Assembly: GCA_046309355.1 (NCBI GenBank)
Contig: JBKCPL010000031.1
Location: forward strand, 70,520-134,519
Length of the DNA: 64,000 nt
DNA from: Bacteroidota bacterium
GTDB taxonomy: Bacteria; Bacteroidota; Bacteroidia; UKL13-3
Reading direction: 5' to 3'
Part shown: positions 9,770-20,646 of the stretch, in pieces
How positions within the stretch are numbered: the stretch's first letter is position 1
Layout: each line of letters starts with the position of its first letter
Made by a program: the position numbers and the translations under genes
Notes under the pieces: model-generated
Database searches by the model: none
What the model saw: the letters and a program-made list of their open reading frames with translations, nothing else
Told to the model about the DNA's origin: nothing

Positions 9770-11584
9770 ATGGACAGAAACTCAATTATCGGGCTCTCGC
9801 TCATTTTCATTATCCTCATCACCTTTGCTTACATCAATCAACCTTCGGAAGAAGAGTTGCGCCTTGCCCGCCAAAAGCAAGATTCTGTTGAGCGTGTAAA
9901 TGCTCAAATAGACTCGGCAGCTGCAATTATGCAAACTGCCGAGGCACTTAAACCTTCAACAAACGATTCGGTTTCGCTGACTCAGCAATACGGAGTATTT
10001 ACAGCTCTTACGCAAGGCACCGAGGAATGGGTAAGCATTGAAAACGATGAGGTAAAGCTCACCTTGTCAACCAAAGGGGGGCGTCCGTCCCGAATTGAAC
10101 TAAAGAAATACAAAACCTACACCGGTGCGCCTTTACTTATGCTGGATGGCGATAACAATGAATTTGGGTACACATTTGCCACCCGCGAGAACAAAACTAT
10201 CCAAACACAGGAACTGTATTTCGTTCCCAAAGTAAGTGAGAATGGCAAAAGCATTCAGATGATAGCCCAGCTTGCAGAAGGCAAACAACTGATTCAGATG
10301 TATGCACTCAACGAAAATGAAAACATCATTGACTACACGCTGAAATTAAACGGACTACAGGATGTTATTGCTCCCAATTCGAACTACCTCGACTTCAATA
10401 TTCGTCAGCGCATCTTATCACAAGAAAAAAATGCAGATAACGAAAAACGTACAAGTACAGTTTACTACAGGTTTACGGAAGATGAACCCACTTACATCAC
10501 CGAAACAGAAGACAAAAAAGAAAGCCTGAAAACACCTGTACAATGGATTTCATTCAAGCAACAGTATTTTAATACCACATTTATAGGAACACAGCCATTT
10601 AGCAACGCTGTGGTGGAAACCCGAAGCCAAGAAAACAGCCCGTATGTGAAAAATATGTATGCAAACCTTACTGTACCATACGAGCACAAAGCCGAAGAGT
10701 CATTCGGCATGAAAATATTTGTTGGACCCAATCTTTACAAAACACTGGCCAAACTTGACATTGAACTGGAACGCATTATCCCAATGGGCTGGGGTATTTT
10801 CCGTTGGGTTAATAAATATGTTGTTATTAACGTATTTCATTTTCTGAGTCAGTATATCACCGGATTTGGTCTGATCATTTTCATCCTTACACTCATTATC
10901 AAAACAGTACTTTTCCCTCTGGTATACCGCTCCTATTTAAGTACAGCCAAAATGCGTGTGCTTAAGCCCGAAATGGATGAAATAAAAGCCAAGTATGGGG
11001 ATGACCTTGGACGTACACAACAGGAAAACATGAAACTGTACCGCAAAGCAGGCGTAAACCCTATGGGTGGCTGCTTGCCTGTATTGCTGCAAATGCCCAT
11101 ACTTATTGCGCTATTTCAGTTTTTTCCATCCGCCTTTGAATTGCGTCAGCAAAGTTTTTTGTGGGCTGAAGATTTATCTACGTTTGACTCTGTATTTAAC
11201 TTACCGTTTACCATTCCAGGTTATGGTGCACACGTAAGCTTGTTCGCATTGCTTATGACCTTATCTTCGCTTGCGTATACCTATTACAACAATCAAAACA
11301 CAGGGGGTATAAACGAGCAAATGAAGTGGCTTACATACTTAATGCCTGTGGTATTCTTGTTTGTGCTGAACAGTTTCCCGGCAGGGTTAAATTACTACTA
11401 TTTCGTGTCTAACCTGTTTACCATCGGTCAGCAACTGGCCATACGCAGATTTGTAGACGACAAACAGCTGCATGCTCAAATACAGGAAAACAAGAAAAAG
11501 CCGGTGAAAAAATCACGGTTTGAGCAAAAACTGGAAGACATGGCGCGCAAGCGCGGTATCGACCCTAAAAACCTGAAACGCTAA
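9770..11584 (+). CDS. yidC: Membrane protein insertase YidC, the long Bacteroidota form.
   Basis: The conserved C-terminal core reads ...KPEMDEIKAKYGDD...NPMGGCLPVLLQMPILIALFQFF. It follows a large N-terminal periplasmic domain. Confidence 0.9.
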   Translation: MDRNSIIGLSLIFIILITFAYINQPSEEELRLARQKQDSVERVNAQIDSAAAIMQTAEALKPSTNDSVSLTQQYGVFTALTQGTEEWVSIENDEVKLTLSTKGGRPSRIELKKYKTYTGAPLLMLDGDNNEFGYTFATRENKTIQTQELYFVPKVSENGKSIQMIAQLAEGKQLIQMYALNENENIIDYTLKLNGLQDVIAPNSNYLDFNIRQRILSQEKNADNEKRTSTVYYRFTEDEPTYITETEDKKESLKTPVQWISFKQQYFNTTFIGTQPFSNAVVETRSQENSPYVKNMYANLTVPYEHKAEESFGMKIFVGPNLYKTLAKLDIELERIIPMGWGIFRWVNKYVVINVFHFLSQYITGFGLIIFILTLIIKTVLFPLVYRSYLSTAKMRVLKPEMDEIKAKYGDDLGRTQQENMKLYRKAGVNPMGGCLPVLLQMPILIALFQFFPSAFELRQQSFLWAEDLSTFDSVFNLPFTIPGYGAHVSLFALLMTLSSLAYTYYNNQNTGGINEQMKWLTYLMPVVFLFVLNSFPAGLNYYYFVSNLFTIGQQLAIRRFVDDKQLHAQIQENKKKPVKKSRFEQKLEDMARKRGIDPKNLKR

Positions 11585-11591
11585 GCTAAGC

Positions 11592-12458
11592 TTAACTGCT
11601 TATTTTTTCTAACACGGCAACAATAGTTTTATGGATAGTTTGTGCCGGATTGGCACTGAACGTGTTCGTAATTCTATTTGCTAATATAGCATTTACCGAT
11701 AGCGCACGATGGCCCATAGACGCAGCCAGCGCATAAATACCGGCAGTTTCCATCTCGAAATTGGTGATTCGGTAACCACCTGCATTTACATTACTTAGCC
11801 TGCTAACTAAATCAGTATACTGTGCCTGCGTTCTCAGCACACGACCTTGAGGTGCGTAAAATCCACAGCAAGTAGCCGTGATGCCGCGAGCGTACTGTTC
11901 CCCAAACTCACTCAGCCAACTGGGATGGGCTTTGTATAAATAAGGGTTTACAAAAAGCAAATCGAGTTGCTGATCAATCTCATCCAGCAAGGCTTCTGTT
12001 TCTTCGTCATCGGTACCGGTATAAAACTGCATAAGTGCATCGAGTCCAAGCCCGTGCGATGAAATCAAAATTGAATCCACATCAATGTCATGCTGCAATG
12101 CACCCGATGTACCAATTCGTATAATGTCCAAAGAAGTAAGTGCTGACTTAACCTGACGGGTTCTCAAATCAATATTTGCCAGTGTATCCAATTCGTTCAT
12201 GACAATGTCAATATTATCAGTTCCTATACCGGTTGATAATACGGTGATACGCTTTTGGCCAATGTAGCCTGTGTGTGTTACAAACTCACGTTTATGCTTG
12301 GTTAAGTCTATCCGGTCAAAATGCCTTGACACCTCTGGCACGCGCTCGGGGTCGCCCACCAGCAGTACCGTTTCTGCTATATCTTCAGGCAACAAATGAA
12401 GGTGGTAAACTGAGCCGTCATCATTTAAAATGAGCTCTGAAGCAGGTATTGTATGCAT
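11592..12458 (-). CDS. Nucleoside phosphorylase of the PNP/UDP phosphorylase family 1.
   Basis: ITNFEMETAGIYALAASMGHRAL resembles the Udp/DeoD/AMP-nucleosidase 'EME(S/T)A' active-site region. Confidence 0.65.
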   Translation of the reverse strand: MHTIPASELILNDDGSVYHLHLLPEDIAETVLLVGDPERVPEVSRHFDRIDLTKHKREFVTHTGYIGQKRITVLSTGIGTDNIDIVMNELDTLANIDLRTRQVKSALTSLDIIRIGTSGALQHDIDVDSILISSHGLGLDALMQFYTGTDDEETEALLDEIDQQLDLLFVNPYLYKAHPSWLSEFGEQYARGITATCCGFYAPQGRVLRTQAQYTDLVSRLSNVNAGGYRITNFEMETAGIYALAASMGHRALSVNAILANRITNTFSANPAQTIHKTIVAVLEKISS

Positions 12459-12560
12459 GCTGTTTTACTTAATGAAATGATGATACAAACATGATGAATA
12501 TCATCCTATTTTCTAGAAGAATATACTCATCTTTGTTGTCCATTTTTAATTTATCACGTT

Positions 12561-13445
12561 ATGAGTACTACTAAGAAAAATACCATGCTTATTCCGGTTG
12601 ATTTTTCACCCATTTCCATACGCGCTCTCGATCATGCTGTGCAACTTGCCCGGCATTTCGATAACAATCTGGCATTGCTTCATGTGATAGAAGAAGCATT
12701 TTTCAGTAGCCTTTTTAGCTTTTGGCAGGATGAAGAAAAGAAAAAAGATATTAAAGCCGAGCTTAGACAAAAAATGGAAGCACTGGCAGACGATATAAAA
12801 AAGAAACACGCTATTGAGTGTACAGTGGTTATTAAAGAGGGCAAGATATCAAAGGAAATTGCAGAGACCGCTACAGAATTAGGATGTGACAGTATAATAA
12901 TGGGGTCGAGCGGGGCTTCTGGACTGGAACAGTTGATAGGCAGCAATGCATCAAAAACTATTATGCAAGCCGGTGTTCCGGTAGTTGTAGTAAAATCTGA
13001 CAGAGAGGTTAATGCCTACAAAGACATTGTGTTTCCGCTTGATTTAACGATGGAATCGCGTCAAAAAGTAAAGTGGGCAATTTACCTGGCTAAAAGTTAT
13101 AAGTCAACCATTCATATTATAACCTATCAGATAAATGACGAAGATGAGAATATTCGCATGCGTGCTGCGCTCAAACAAATTACCCGAATGCTTGAACAAA
13201 ACGGTGTTTCATATACCGAAAAAATACTGTCGAAAATTGAAACGGACTTTGCATTGGATACCATTGCCTATGCCGAATCTATACAGGCCGATTTAATCAT
13301 GATAATGTCACAGCAAGAAAACTCAGGGCTAGAGGATTTTATCATAGGAACTGAGGCACAACAACTCGTAAATAAATCGCAAAATATTCCGGTCATGTGC
13401 ATAAAACCCGGTAAAACCGGATTTACATCTGAATTTGCTGTTTAA
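12561..13445 (+). CDS. Universal stress protein with tandem UspA domains.
   Basis: The first domain shows MLIPVDFSPISIRALDHAVQLA...LHV and ...IIMGSSG. The second domain shows DIVFPLD... and GTEAQQLVNKSQNIPVMCI. Confidence 0.8.
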   Translation: MSTTKKNTMLIPVDFSPISIRALDHAVQLARHFDNNLALLHVIEEAFFSSLFSFWQDEEKKKDIKAELRQKMEALADDIKKKHAIECTVVIKEGKISKEIAETATELGCDSIIMGSSGASGLEQLIGSNASKTIMQAGVPVVVVKSDREVNAYKDIVFPLDLTMESRQKVKWAIYLAKSYKSTIHIITYQINDEDENIRMRAALKQITRMLEQNGVSYTEKILSKIETDFALDTIAYAESIQADLIMIMSQQENSGLEDFIIGTEAQQLVNKSQNIPVMCIKPGKTGFTSEFAV

Positions 13446-13462
13446 ATACAGATTTCATTCCA

Positions 13463-13492
13463 AGAAAAGCCGCATCAGCGGCTTTTCTTATG
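13463..13492 (+). terminator. Rho-independent terminator after the usp gene.
   Basis: gaaaagccgcatcagcggcttttctta forms the hairpin and its tail. Confidence 0.5.
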
Positions 13493-13510
13493 TTGGCATT
13501 CGGGAAAAAT

Positions 13511-13518
13511 TATCTTTG
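13511..13518 (+). promoter_or_regulatory. Candidate -7 box (TATCTTTG) upstream of ettA.
   Basis: It matches TAnnTTTG and lies 23 nt upstream of the ettA ATG. Confidence 0.35.
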
Positions 13519-13540
13519 CATCCGTAATTAAAAATATCAG

Positions 13541-15217
13541 ATGGCAGACAATAAAATAATATTTTCAATGGCGGGAGTTGGTAAAACGTATCCGCCCAGT
13601 AAGCAAGTACTAAAAAATATTTACCTCTCCTTTTTCTATGGCGCTAAAATAGGTGTGCTCGGTTTAAACGGCTCCGGAAAATCAAGCCTGCTGCGCATCA
13701 TTGCCGGTATCGATAAAAATTATACAGGAGAAGTAGTATTTGATAAGGATTACAAAATAGGCTACCTGGAGCAAGAGCCCGAACTGGATGAAAATAAAAC
13801 CGTACTGGAATGTGTTAAAGAAGGCGTTCAGCATATTGTAGATCTGCTGAATGAATTTGATGAGGTAAACAATAAGCTGGCCGAACCCATGGACGATGCG
13901 GCTATGGAAAAACTAATGAATCGTCAGGCACAACTGATGGAACTGCTCGAACAACACGATGCCTGGGAACTGGACAATAAACTGGAAAAAGCGATGGATG
14001 CACTTCGATGTGCCGAGCCTGATACACCTGTAAAAATACTGTCGGGAGGTGAACGCAGACGTGTAGCCTTATGTAGGCTTTTGCTAAGCAACCCGGACAT
14101 TCTGCTGCTGGATGAGCCTACCAATCACCTTGATGCCGAATCGGTTGACTGGCTGGAACAATACCTGAAAAATTATCCCGGAACCGTTATTGCCGTAACC
14201 CACGACCGCTACTTTTTAGACAACGTAGCCGGCTGGATACTGGAACTGGACAGAGGCGAAGGTATTCCATGGAAAGGCAATTACAGCAGCTGGCTCGAGC
14301 AAAAGTCGAAACGACTGGAAGCTGAAGAAAAGCAAGAGAACAAACGTGCCAAAGCACTGGAGCGAGAATTGGATTGGGTGAGACAAGGACCTAAAGGAAG
14401 GCAAGCCAAGCAAAAAGCCCGACTCAATGCCTACGACCGCATGTTGAGTGAAGAGACCAAAGAAAAAGAGCAGCAACTGGAATTATTCATTCCGCCCGGC
14501 CCTCGACTTGGTGATGTGGTTATTGAGGCTAAAAACGTAAGCAAGGCCTATGGAAATAAATTGCTGTATGAAAACCTGAATTTTTCGCTTCCAAAAGGAG
14601 GTATCGTAGGTATTATTGGCCCTAACGGTGTGGGTAAAACCACCCTATTTCGAATGATTATGGGTCAGGAAAAACCTGAAAAAGGCGATTTTACTGTAGG
14701 CGATACGGTGAAGCTGGCTTATGTTGATCAAAGCCATAAAGACTTATTGCCTGAAAAATCTGTTTTTGATGTAATAAGCGGTGGCACCGAAACCATGATG
14801 GTAGCAGGTAAGCAAGTAAATGCCCGTGCTTATATTTCAAAATTCAATTTCAGCGGAACCGACCAAAGCAAAAAAGTAGGCATGCTGTCAGGTGGCGAAC
14901 GCAACCGGGTTCATCTGGCCATGACTTTAAAAGAAGGAGGCAATGTATTGTTGCTGGACGAACCTACCAACGATATTGATGTGAATACCCTTCGTGCACT
15001 TGAAGAAGCCATTCAAAATTTTGCAGGCTGCGTTGTCGTCATTTCACACGACAGGTGGTTTATTGACCGAATTGCTACCCACATATTGGCATTTGAAGGA
15101 AACTCGCAAGTATATTGGTTTGAAGGAAACTATTCAGATTACGAAGAAAACAAAAAGCAACGGCTTGGAGATACACAGCCTCACCGCACCCGATTTAAAA
15201 ACATGATGAATGTGTAA
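13541..15217 (+). CDS. ettA: Energy-dependent translational throttle EttA, an ABC-F ATPase.
   Basis: MADNKIIFSMAGVGKTYPPSKQVLKNIYLSFFYGAKIGVLGLNGSGKS matches the EttA/YjjK N-terminus. Two ABC cassettes are present. Confidence 0.9.
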   Translation: MADNKIIFSMAGVGKTYPPSKQVLKNIYLSFFYGAKIGVLGLNGSGKSSLLRIIAGIDKNYTGEVVFDKDYKIGYLEQEPELDENKTVLECVKEGVQHIVDLLNEFDEVNNKLAEPMDDAAMEKLMNRQAQLMELLEQHDAWELDNKLEKAMDALRCAEPDTPVKILSGGERRRVALCRLLLSNPDILLLDEPTNHLDAESVDWLEQYLKNYPGTVIAVTHDRYFLDNVAGWILELDRGEGIPWKGNYSSWLEQKSKRLEAEEKQENKRAKALERELDWVRQGPKGRQAKQKARLNAYDRMLSEETKEKEQQLELFIPPGPRLGDVVIEAKNVSKAYGNKLLYENLNFSLPKGGIVGIIGPNGVGKTTLFRMIMGQEKPEKGDFTVGDTVKLAYVDQSHKDLLPEKSVFDVISGGTETMMVAGKQVNARAYISKFNFSGTDQSKKVGMLSGGERNRVHLAMTLKEGGNVLLLDEPTNDIDVNTLRALEEAIQNFAGCVVVISHDRWFIDRIATHILAFEGNSQVYWFEGNYSDYEENKKQRLGDTQPHRTRFKNMMNV

Positions 15218-15249
15218 ATAAGAAATTGTGTAAACACACTTTGCGCTTA

Positions 15250-15864
15250 CTACATAACCAACTCGTAATTAGCTACGGGTTTTATATAGGTTTTAGTCGT
15301 GTGCTTATAGCCTGTTTTTGAAAGTAGCTTAAGTACCTGAGGCGAACGTGTACGTAAAGTTATGCGAAGGTCAATGGTGTTTTCAAACTCAATCGCATTG
15401 TTGTTGCAGTCTGTTGCTGAATAGATATCCTTACCCGCCACATTGATTCCAAACAACTTACCGATGACCTTATTCATCCGATCAAGTTCCTCGGTATGTT
15501 CTTTCTTGAAATAATAATTTAGCATGACGAGTTCACCATTCAGAAAGTGATACGTGATGCGGGTTTTTATACCTCGTATTTGCTTTTTATAGAGCATTAC
15601 TTCATAGCGTAATCCTTCTTTTTTCTCTAATCGAAAACAATACGGTTTCCCGAATTTTCCTACAATATATAGCAACGAGCGACCAAGCAGCAATGAGACC
15701 CGATCCTGTACATATACATATATAGTGTCGTTTTGCGGCTGATTTAGTTGGTGATTCAGTGCATACAATGAATCGTTGCTTAAATGTTGCACGTTGTTAG
15801 CTTTTTGCCGTCTTGAGTATTTAGACAACAGCATTGCGTAGAAATAATCGATATAAGCTTTCAT
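15250..15864 (-). CDS. Hypothetical cytoplasmic protein.
   Basis: The 204-aa ORF has no signal peptide and no motif I could recognise. Confidence 0.4.
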   Translation of the reverse strand: MKAYIDYFYAMLLSKYSRRQKANNVQHLSNDSLYALNHQLNQPQNDTIYVYVQDRVSLLLGRSLLYIVGKFGKPYCFRLEKKEGLRYEVMLYKKQIRGIKTRITYHFLNGELVMLNYYFKKEHTEELDRMNKVIGKLFGINVAGKDIYSATDCNNNAIEFENTIDLRITLRTRSPQVLKLLSKTGYKHTTKTYIKPVANYELVM

Positions 15865-15977
15865 AACCTAAAATTAATAACACGAAAGTAGTGAATATTG
15901 CCGTAAAACAAAACAAATAGCTGTTTTATGAAATAAATAGCAATTAATAGAAACGGGGAATAATTGGGTATTTATAG

Positions 15978-17117
15978 TCATTTAGTTTCATTTAACATGC
16001 TGGTTGCCAGATTTTCAGCAACTTGACTGCCTATTGCTACGCCCATTCCATTTAACCTGCCGGCAACCCAAGTTCCCCGCTTTACCATGCTCACCAAGGG
16101 TTGTTTTTGGGGGTGAAAAGCCATGATACCCGACCAATGATAGTCAATAGTGTATGGTTCGCCAGGCAAAATGATTTCATTTAGGTATTCCAACAGACGT
16201 GAATGAATCAACGGATGAATACCAAATTCGGTAGTTGTTTCTGCTCTAAAGTCTAAATTTCTTCCACCGCCCAACAGCACTCTGTTTCCATAATTACGAA
16301 AATAATAATAGCCCTCATCTATACTAAAAACTCCTTTAAACTTTAAGGAGGGTATGGCTGACGTGCAGATAACCTGACCGCGACCGGGATTTACTTCAAT
16401 TTCGGGTAGCAGCGAGGGTATAAATGCATTGGTACACACCGCTACTTTTTCAGCAGCCAGCCTAATTGTGCGGTTAATCACGTCCGATTTGCATACAATG
16501 TCAATCCTTTTGCCTGTATCTGAAAGCTCCAGTACCTCGGTACCTGTCATTAAATGAGCCCCAAGCGAAGAAGCCCGCTGCATGAGCGTACGCATCATCT
16601 TACCTGTGTTTATTTGAGCTTCCAACCAATTATAAATGAGTTGTCGGGTGTTACCGAAGCCGAATTCCTTTAGTTTATCGGGTGCAAGTTTAAAGACCTC
16701 GCTTTTAAAAAGCGGATACAATACTGCATTCATCGCATCCAAATCATCCTGAGAAACTGAAGGCATAGTGGGCAGTATAAGTTCATAACCTCCGTGATGC
16801 TCAAATTCCATATTCGCATCCCCTACTCGACTCCTTAGCTTGAGCAATCCGTTCATGCGCGCTTCTATTAGCTCAAGAAATGTATCTTCGCCCATCATCT
16901 TCAGATCATGTACTTTTTCTGTAAATGACCCTATACAAGCAAATCCTGCATTTTTGGTACTGGCACCTGAGGGCAATTGACCCCGTTCAAGCAAACACAC
17001 TTTTAGGTGCGGTTTTTTTTCAAGTAAACTACATGCCGTGGACAAGCCGGTAATTCCTGAACCAATAATAACCACATCATACTGCAAAAACTGCTCGTGC
17101 TCCCAAATACTGAACAT
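15978..17117 (-). CDS. FAD-dependent oxidoreductase of the DAO family (glycine or D-amino-acid oxidase-like).
   Basis: YDVVIIGSGITGLSTA is the GxGxxG Rossmann motif and the length of 379 aa fits. Confidence 0.8.
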   Translation of the reverse strand: MFSIWEHEQFLQYDVVIIGSGITGLSTACSLLEKKPHLKVCLLERGQLPSGASTKNAGFACIGSFTEKVHDLKMMGEDTFLELIEARMNGLLKLRSRVGDANMEFEHHGGYELILPTMPSVSQDDLDAMNAVLYPLFKSEVFKLAPDKLKEFGFGNTRQLIYNWLEAQINTGKMMRTLMQRASSLGAHLMTGTEVLELSDTGKRIDIVCKSDVINRTIRLAAEKVAVCTNAFIPSLLPEIEVNPGRGQVICTSAIPSLKFKGVFSIDEGYYYFRNYGNRVLLGGGRNLDFRAETTTEFGIHPLIHSRLLEYLNEIILPGEPYTIDYHWSGIMAFHPQKQPLVSMVKRGTWVAGRLNGMGVAIGSQVAENLATSMLNETK

Positions 17118-17149
17118 GCATCAAAGTAACAATGGCACTAATGAATAAG

Positions 17150-17187
17150 CAAAAAAAATCCCGTTGCTTATTCAACAACGGGATTAA
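17150..17187 (-). terminator. Rho-independent terminator downstream of the T9SS cargo gene.
   Basis: An aatcccgttg / caacgggatt stem is followed on the minus strand by a T8 run. Confidence 0.5.
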
Positions 17188-17207
17188 TATAGAAGATAAA
17201 ACTAGAC

Positions 17208-18572
17208 TTATTCTGTAATAGTTAGTTTTTTGCTAATAGTATTACCGTTTACAGTCATACTTACGAAGTAAACACCCGGCTTTACGCCACTGATATCCAC
17301 AAATTCAGCATGTGCTCCATCGCTGTAGCTTTTGCTGAAAGTTGGTTTTACTTGCTGACCAACCAGATTAAGTATGCTTACATGAACTGTAGCTGATTGC
17401 TTGAGGTTGAAAGCAATAACAGGACGATCAGTACTGCGAGCAGGGTTTGGATATACCTGGCTTAAAGCGAAATTATCGTTTTTGATATCAGCAATACCTA
17501 CGTTGCCTGAAGTGGATGTTAAATGAAAATCCATATCAACAAATTGCTCATTGATAAATGCTGCACCATTTATATAACCATTCCAGCCATTAAATGTTGC
17601 ATAGGCAGCTCTAGCTATACCAATCAAGGAAGAATTGAAGTAAGTAGGATTTGACCAATCTGTTGTACCCTGATTAGATGCATAGTAGTACCCGAAATAA
17701 TTTGTTCTTCTGCGGCCTGCAGGAAATGTTGTTGGATTTTGCTGATAAATCATTATAGCTGTATCACCGTTATCAACTGTACGAACACCTGACTTGAAAG
17801 TTACAGCAGCAGCAACCAGGTTGTTGGTATTGGCACCATTCAGTGCATCAATTGAAACTCCTTCCGGTGCGGGTACTTGAAGTGTTTTCACCTGCCAGCT
17901 GTTTTCAAAGCCATTGTTATTATTCGAAACACGGGTAGAATCATTTTTTCCTGCTCCCAAAAGAATGGTATCTGTTTTCAGATAGTTTGTTGGGAATCGT
18001 ACATTTCCACCAGTCCAACCTATGGATGCAATTTTTGTGGGATTTCCAACAATAGAAGGTTTAGTAATTTGCGCTCCTCTGAAATAGCTTATAAATAGTG
18101 TATCCGTAACCGGTAACTTACCTCCAATACCATCATCCAGTGAATCTACATTACGCACATATAAATAAGCCATGCGCATGGAGTCCATTTTATAGCTAAC
18201 AAATTTTGATAATTTACTAGCTGGATCATCAGTTTGATCAATTAAATCATCTTTGGGGTCAAGAACTTGGCCAATGCTAACACGACCAACTCCGGTAATA
18301 CGTTCACCCGTTGCATCAATATAAAGTGCATTCGAATCATGTTGCATAAAAGCAACATATTGCTGTAAGCTGGCACCTATATTTGACTTTGATATCATGT
18401 CAAGGTGATTATACCAGGTAGAAATATCAATTTTGTTTCGAACCTGTGAACTAGGCTTAGCAGGTTTGTTCATAGGTACACCGAATGGTGAATAGTCAAA
18501 AACCGGTGACTGGGCAAAAACCGAAGCCACAGTAGTAAGTAACAGTGTAGCAGGTAAGATTAACTTTTTCAT
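17208..18572 (-). CDS. Secreted protein with a T9SS C-terminal sorting domain (Por_Secre_tail).
   Basis: It has a signal peptide. The C-terminus ...SQVYPNPARSTDRPVIAFNLKQSATVHVSILNLVGQQV...GVYFVSMTVNGNTISKKLTITE is a typical T9SS CTD. Confidence 0.7.
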   Translation of the reverse strand: MKKLILPATLLLTTVASVFAQSPVFDYSPFGVPMNKPAKPSSQVRNKIDISTWYNHLDMISKSNIGASLQQYVAFMQHDSNALYIDATGERITGVGRVSIGQVLDPKDDLIDQTDDPASKLSKFVSYKMDSMRMAYLYVRNVDSLDDGIGGKLPVTDTLFISYFRGAQITKPSIVGNPTKIASIGWTGGNVRFPTNYLKTDTILLGAGKNDSTRVSNNNNGFENSWQVKTLQVPAPEGVSIDALNGANTNNLVAAAVTFKSGVRTVDNGDTAIMIYQQNPTTFPAGRRRTNYFGYYYASNQGTTDWSNPTYFNSSLIGIARAAYATFNGWNGYINGAAFINEQFVDMDFHLTSTSGNVGIADIKNDNFALSQVYPNPARSTDRPVIAFNLKQSATVHVSILNLVGQQVKPTFSKSYSDGAHAEFVDISGVKPGVYFVSMTVNGNTISKKLTITE

Positions 18573-18669
18573 TTTTTGAGATTTAGTAGTTATTAAAGCG
18601 TTGCGAATTTATAATTATTTAACAAAGTAACAATTAAGAGGCCACTTTTTTGATGATTGGTTACGAACA

Positions 18670-20631
18670 TTAATTCAGACGTTCCAGCCAATTGCCGTCT
18701 TCCCTTATCAGTCCTATTAATTCTTGTACTGCAGTTTCCTTATTCACCCCTTTTTTTACCACTTCTTTACCTCTGTACAGGGTTATTTTACCAGGTCCTG
18801 AGCCAACATATCCGTAATCGGCATCGGCCATTTCGCCCGGTCCGTTAACAATACAGCCCATCACAGCTATTTTAATTCCTTTCAGGTGATCGGTGTGCTT
18901 GCGAATAAGTGCGGTGGTTTCCTGTAAATCAAACAATGTACGGCCACAGCTGGGGCAACTGATGTACTCCGTTTTGGTGATGCGGGCACGCGCAGCTTGT
19001 AATATGCCAAATGCCAGCTCGTTCAAATGTGCGCGTTTCATACTTTCATTGGTCAACAGAATCCCATCTCCGTAACCTTCTATAAACAAAGTGCCTGAAT
19101 CTGTCGCGTGAAACAACATATCTGTTTCTACGTCTTGAATATCAATTGTAGACTGTAGGATTACAGGCATCTGATAGTTCAGAATTTTGATGCGGGTAAG
19201 TGTATTTCTTAAATCCGCTACTCGGTGCTCACTACTGGGCTGAAGTATAAGTACCGAGGTAGGAATACCGGATACTTTTCCCAAAAAATCGTCCGTACAA
19301 TCAGTAGTAGACGCCTTAATAAAGTTGAGCGTTTGTGAGAAAACCTTCTCACTCTCCAGTTGCTGTGGAGTATACAATGGAAAATTATTGACCTTATCGG
19401 TTAAATTTTTCCAGACATCTTTATCATAAATTCCTTTAACACCGTTGGGAAGCATGAATGATGTGTTATGACTCCCCCGGTAAATAAAATCACAACCTAA
19501 ATCAGTCATGTGCCATTTATCAAGTACAGAATCGTAGATGTGGCCTGCATCGGCAAGCATTTCGGGAGTTAATTGCTGTAGACTGCTAAAATCCGCTACT
19601 ACCCGTGGCACATTACTACCGCCTATAGTATGTACTTCATGAGTCAACCGTTTAGAGTATGTGTAAGGATTCCACGATGCAAGCAACTGTTCATCCGAAA
19701 GCGCATGTGCAATCGGTTTATGTACTGACCGTTGAGTGTACCGGTTAACCAGTTTCTGCGCTACGGGCACTTCGAATTCGGGGTCCTCGGTTAATGACAC
19801 CCTAACCGTATCACCAATGCCATCTTCCAGTAATGCACCAATGCCCAATGCTGACTTTATGCGACCGTCATTTCCGTCACCTGCTTCGGTTACGCCTAAG
19901 TGCAACGGATAGTGCATGTCATGTTCATTCATGGTTTGCACCAGTAATCGGTAAGCCTGAACCATAACCTGCGGGTTGCTCGATTTCATGGAGAGTACAA
20001 TGTTGTGAAAATTTTCATCGCGGCAAATGCGAAGAAACTCCATCGCACTTTCAACCATTCCATGTGGGGTATCTCCATACCGGCTCATAATACGGTCGCT
20101 TAGTGAACCGTGGTTTGTTCCTATACGCATGGCAGTTCCGTTTTCTTTACATATATGAACCAACGGAGTGAATTTTTCACGAATACGCTCAAGTTCTTCC
20201 GCATATTCAGCATCGGTATACTCAAACAATTCAAATTTTTTCTTGTCTACATAATTGCCCGGATTTATTCTTACTTTTTCTACAATTCGGGCGGCAACTT
20301 CGGCTGCGTTGGGTGTAAAATGTATATCGGCAACCAATGGAACATGTATGCCTCGCTGCTTCAGTTCGTTTTTTATCTGTTGAAGATTTTGAGCTTCTTT
20401 TATACTGGGAGCTGTGAGCCTTACCAGTTCGCAACCGGCCTCCACCATTCGTATGATTTGAGCAACAGAAGCGGCTGTATCCATCGTGTCGGTTGTAGTC
20501 ATAGATTGAACCCTGATGGGGAATTCGCTGCCCATGTACAGGTCACCTATTTTAACTGTATGTGTTTTTCTGCGCGAGTAGCGGTTTAGCGATTCGCAGT
20601 AGGATTTGAGTGTGGCTATTTGCTCATTCAT
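18670..20631 (-). CDS. ispG: 4-hydroxy-3-methylbut-2-enyl diphosphate synthase (IspG/GcpE), the long form with an insert domain.
   Basis: The C-terminal ...ISCPSCGRTLFDLQ...IAVMGCIVNGPGEMADADYGYVG carries the [4Fe-4S] Cys triad. Confidence 0.95.
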   Translation of the reverse strand: MNEQIATLKSYCESLNRYSRRKTHTVKIGDLYMGSEFPIRVQSMTTTDTMDTAASVAQIIRMVEAGCELVRLTAPSIKEAQNLQQIKNELKQRGIHVPLVADIHFTPNAAEVAARIVEKVRINPGNYVDKKKFELFEYTDAEYAEELERIREKFTPLVHICKENGTAMRIGTNHGSLSDRIMSRYGDTPHGMVESAMEFLRICRDENFHNIVLSMKSSNPQVMVQAYRLLVQTMNEHDMHYPLHLGVTEAGDGNDGRIKSALGIGALLEDGIGDTVRVSLTEDPEFEVPVAQKLVNRYTQRSVHKPIAHALSDEQLLASWNPYTYSKRLTHEVHTIGGSNVPRVVADFSSLQQLTPEMLADAGHIYDSVLDKWHMTDLGCDFIYRGSHNTSFMLPNGVKGIYDKDVWKNLTDKVNNFPLYTPQQLESEKVFSQTLNFIKASTTDCTDDFLGKVSGIPTSVLILQPSSEHRVADLRNTLTRIKILNYQMPVILQSTIDIQDVETDMLFHATDSGTLFIEGYGDGILLTNESMKRAHLNELAFGILQAARARITKTEYISCPSCGRTLFDLQETTALIRKHTDHLKGIKIAVMGCIVNGPGEMADADYGYVGSGPGKITLYRGKEVVKKGVNKETAVQELIGLIREDGNWLERLN

Positions 20632-20646
20632 GAATGATATAACAAT

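Noticed and set aside
15218-15249. A possible terminator hairpin after ettA (gtgtaaacacac).
   Set aside because: The stem is only 4 bp with no convincing T-run, so it is too weak to call.
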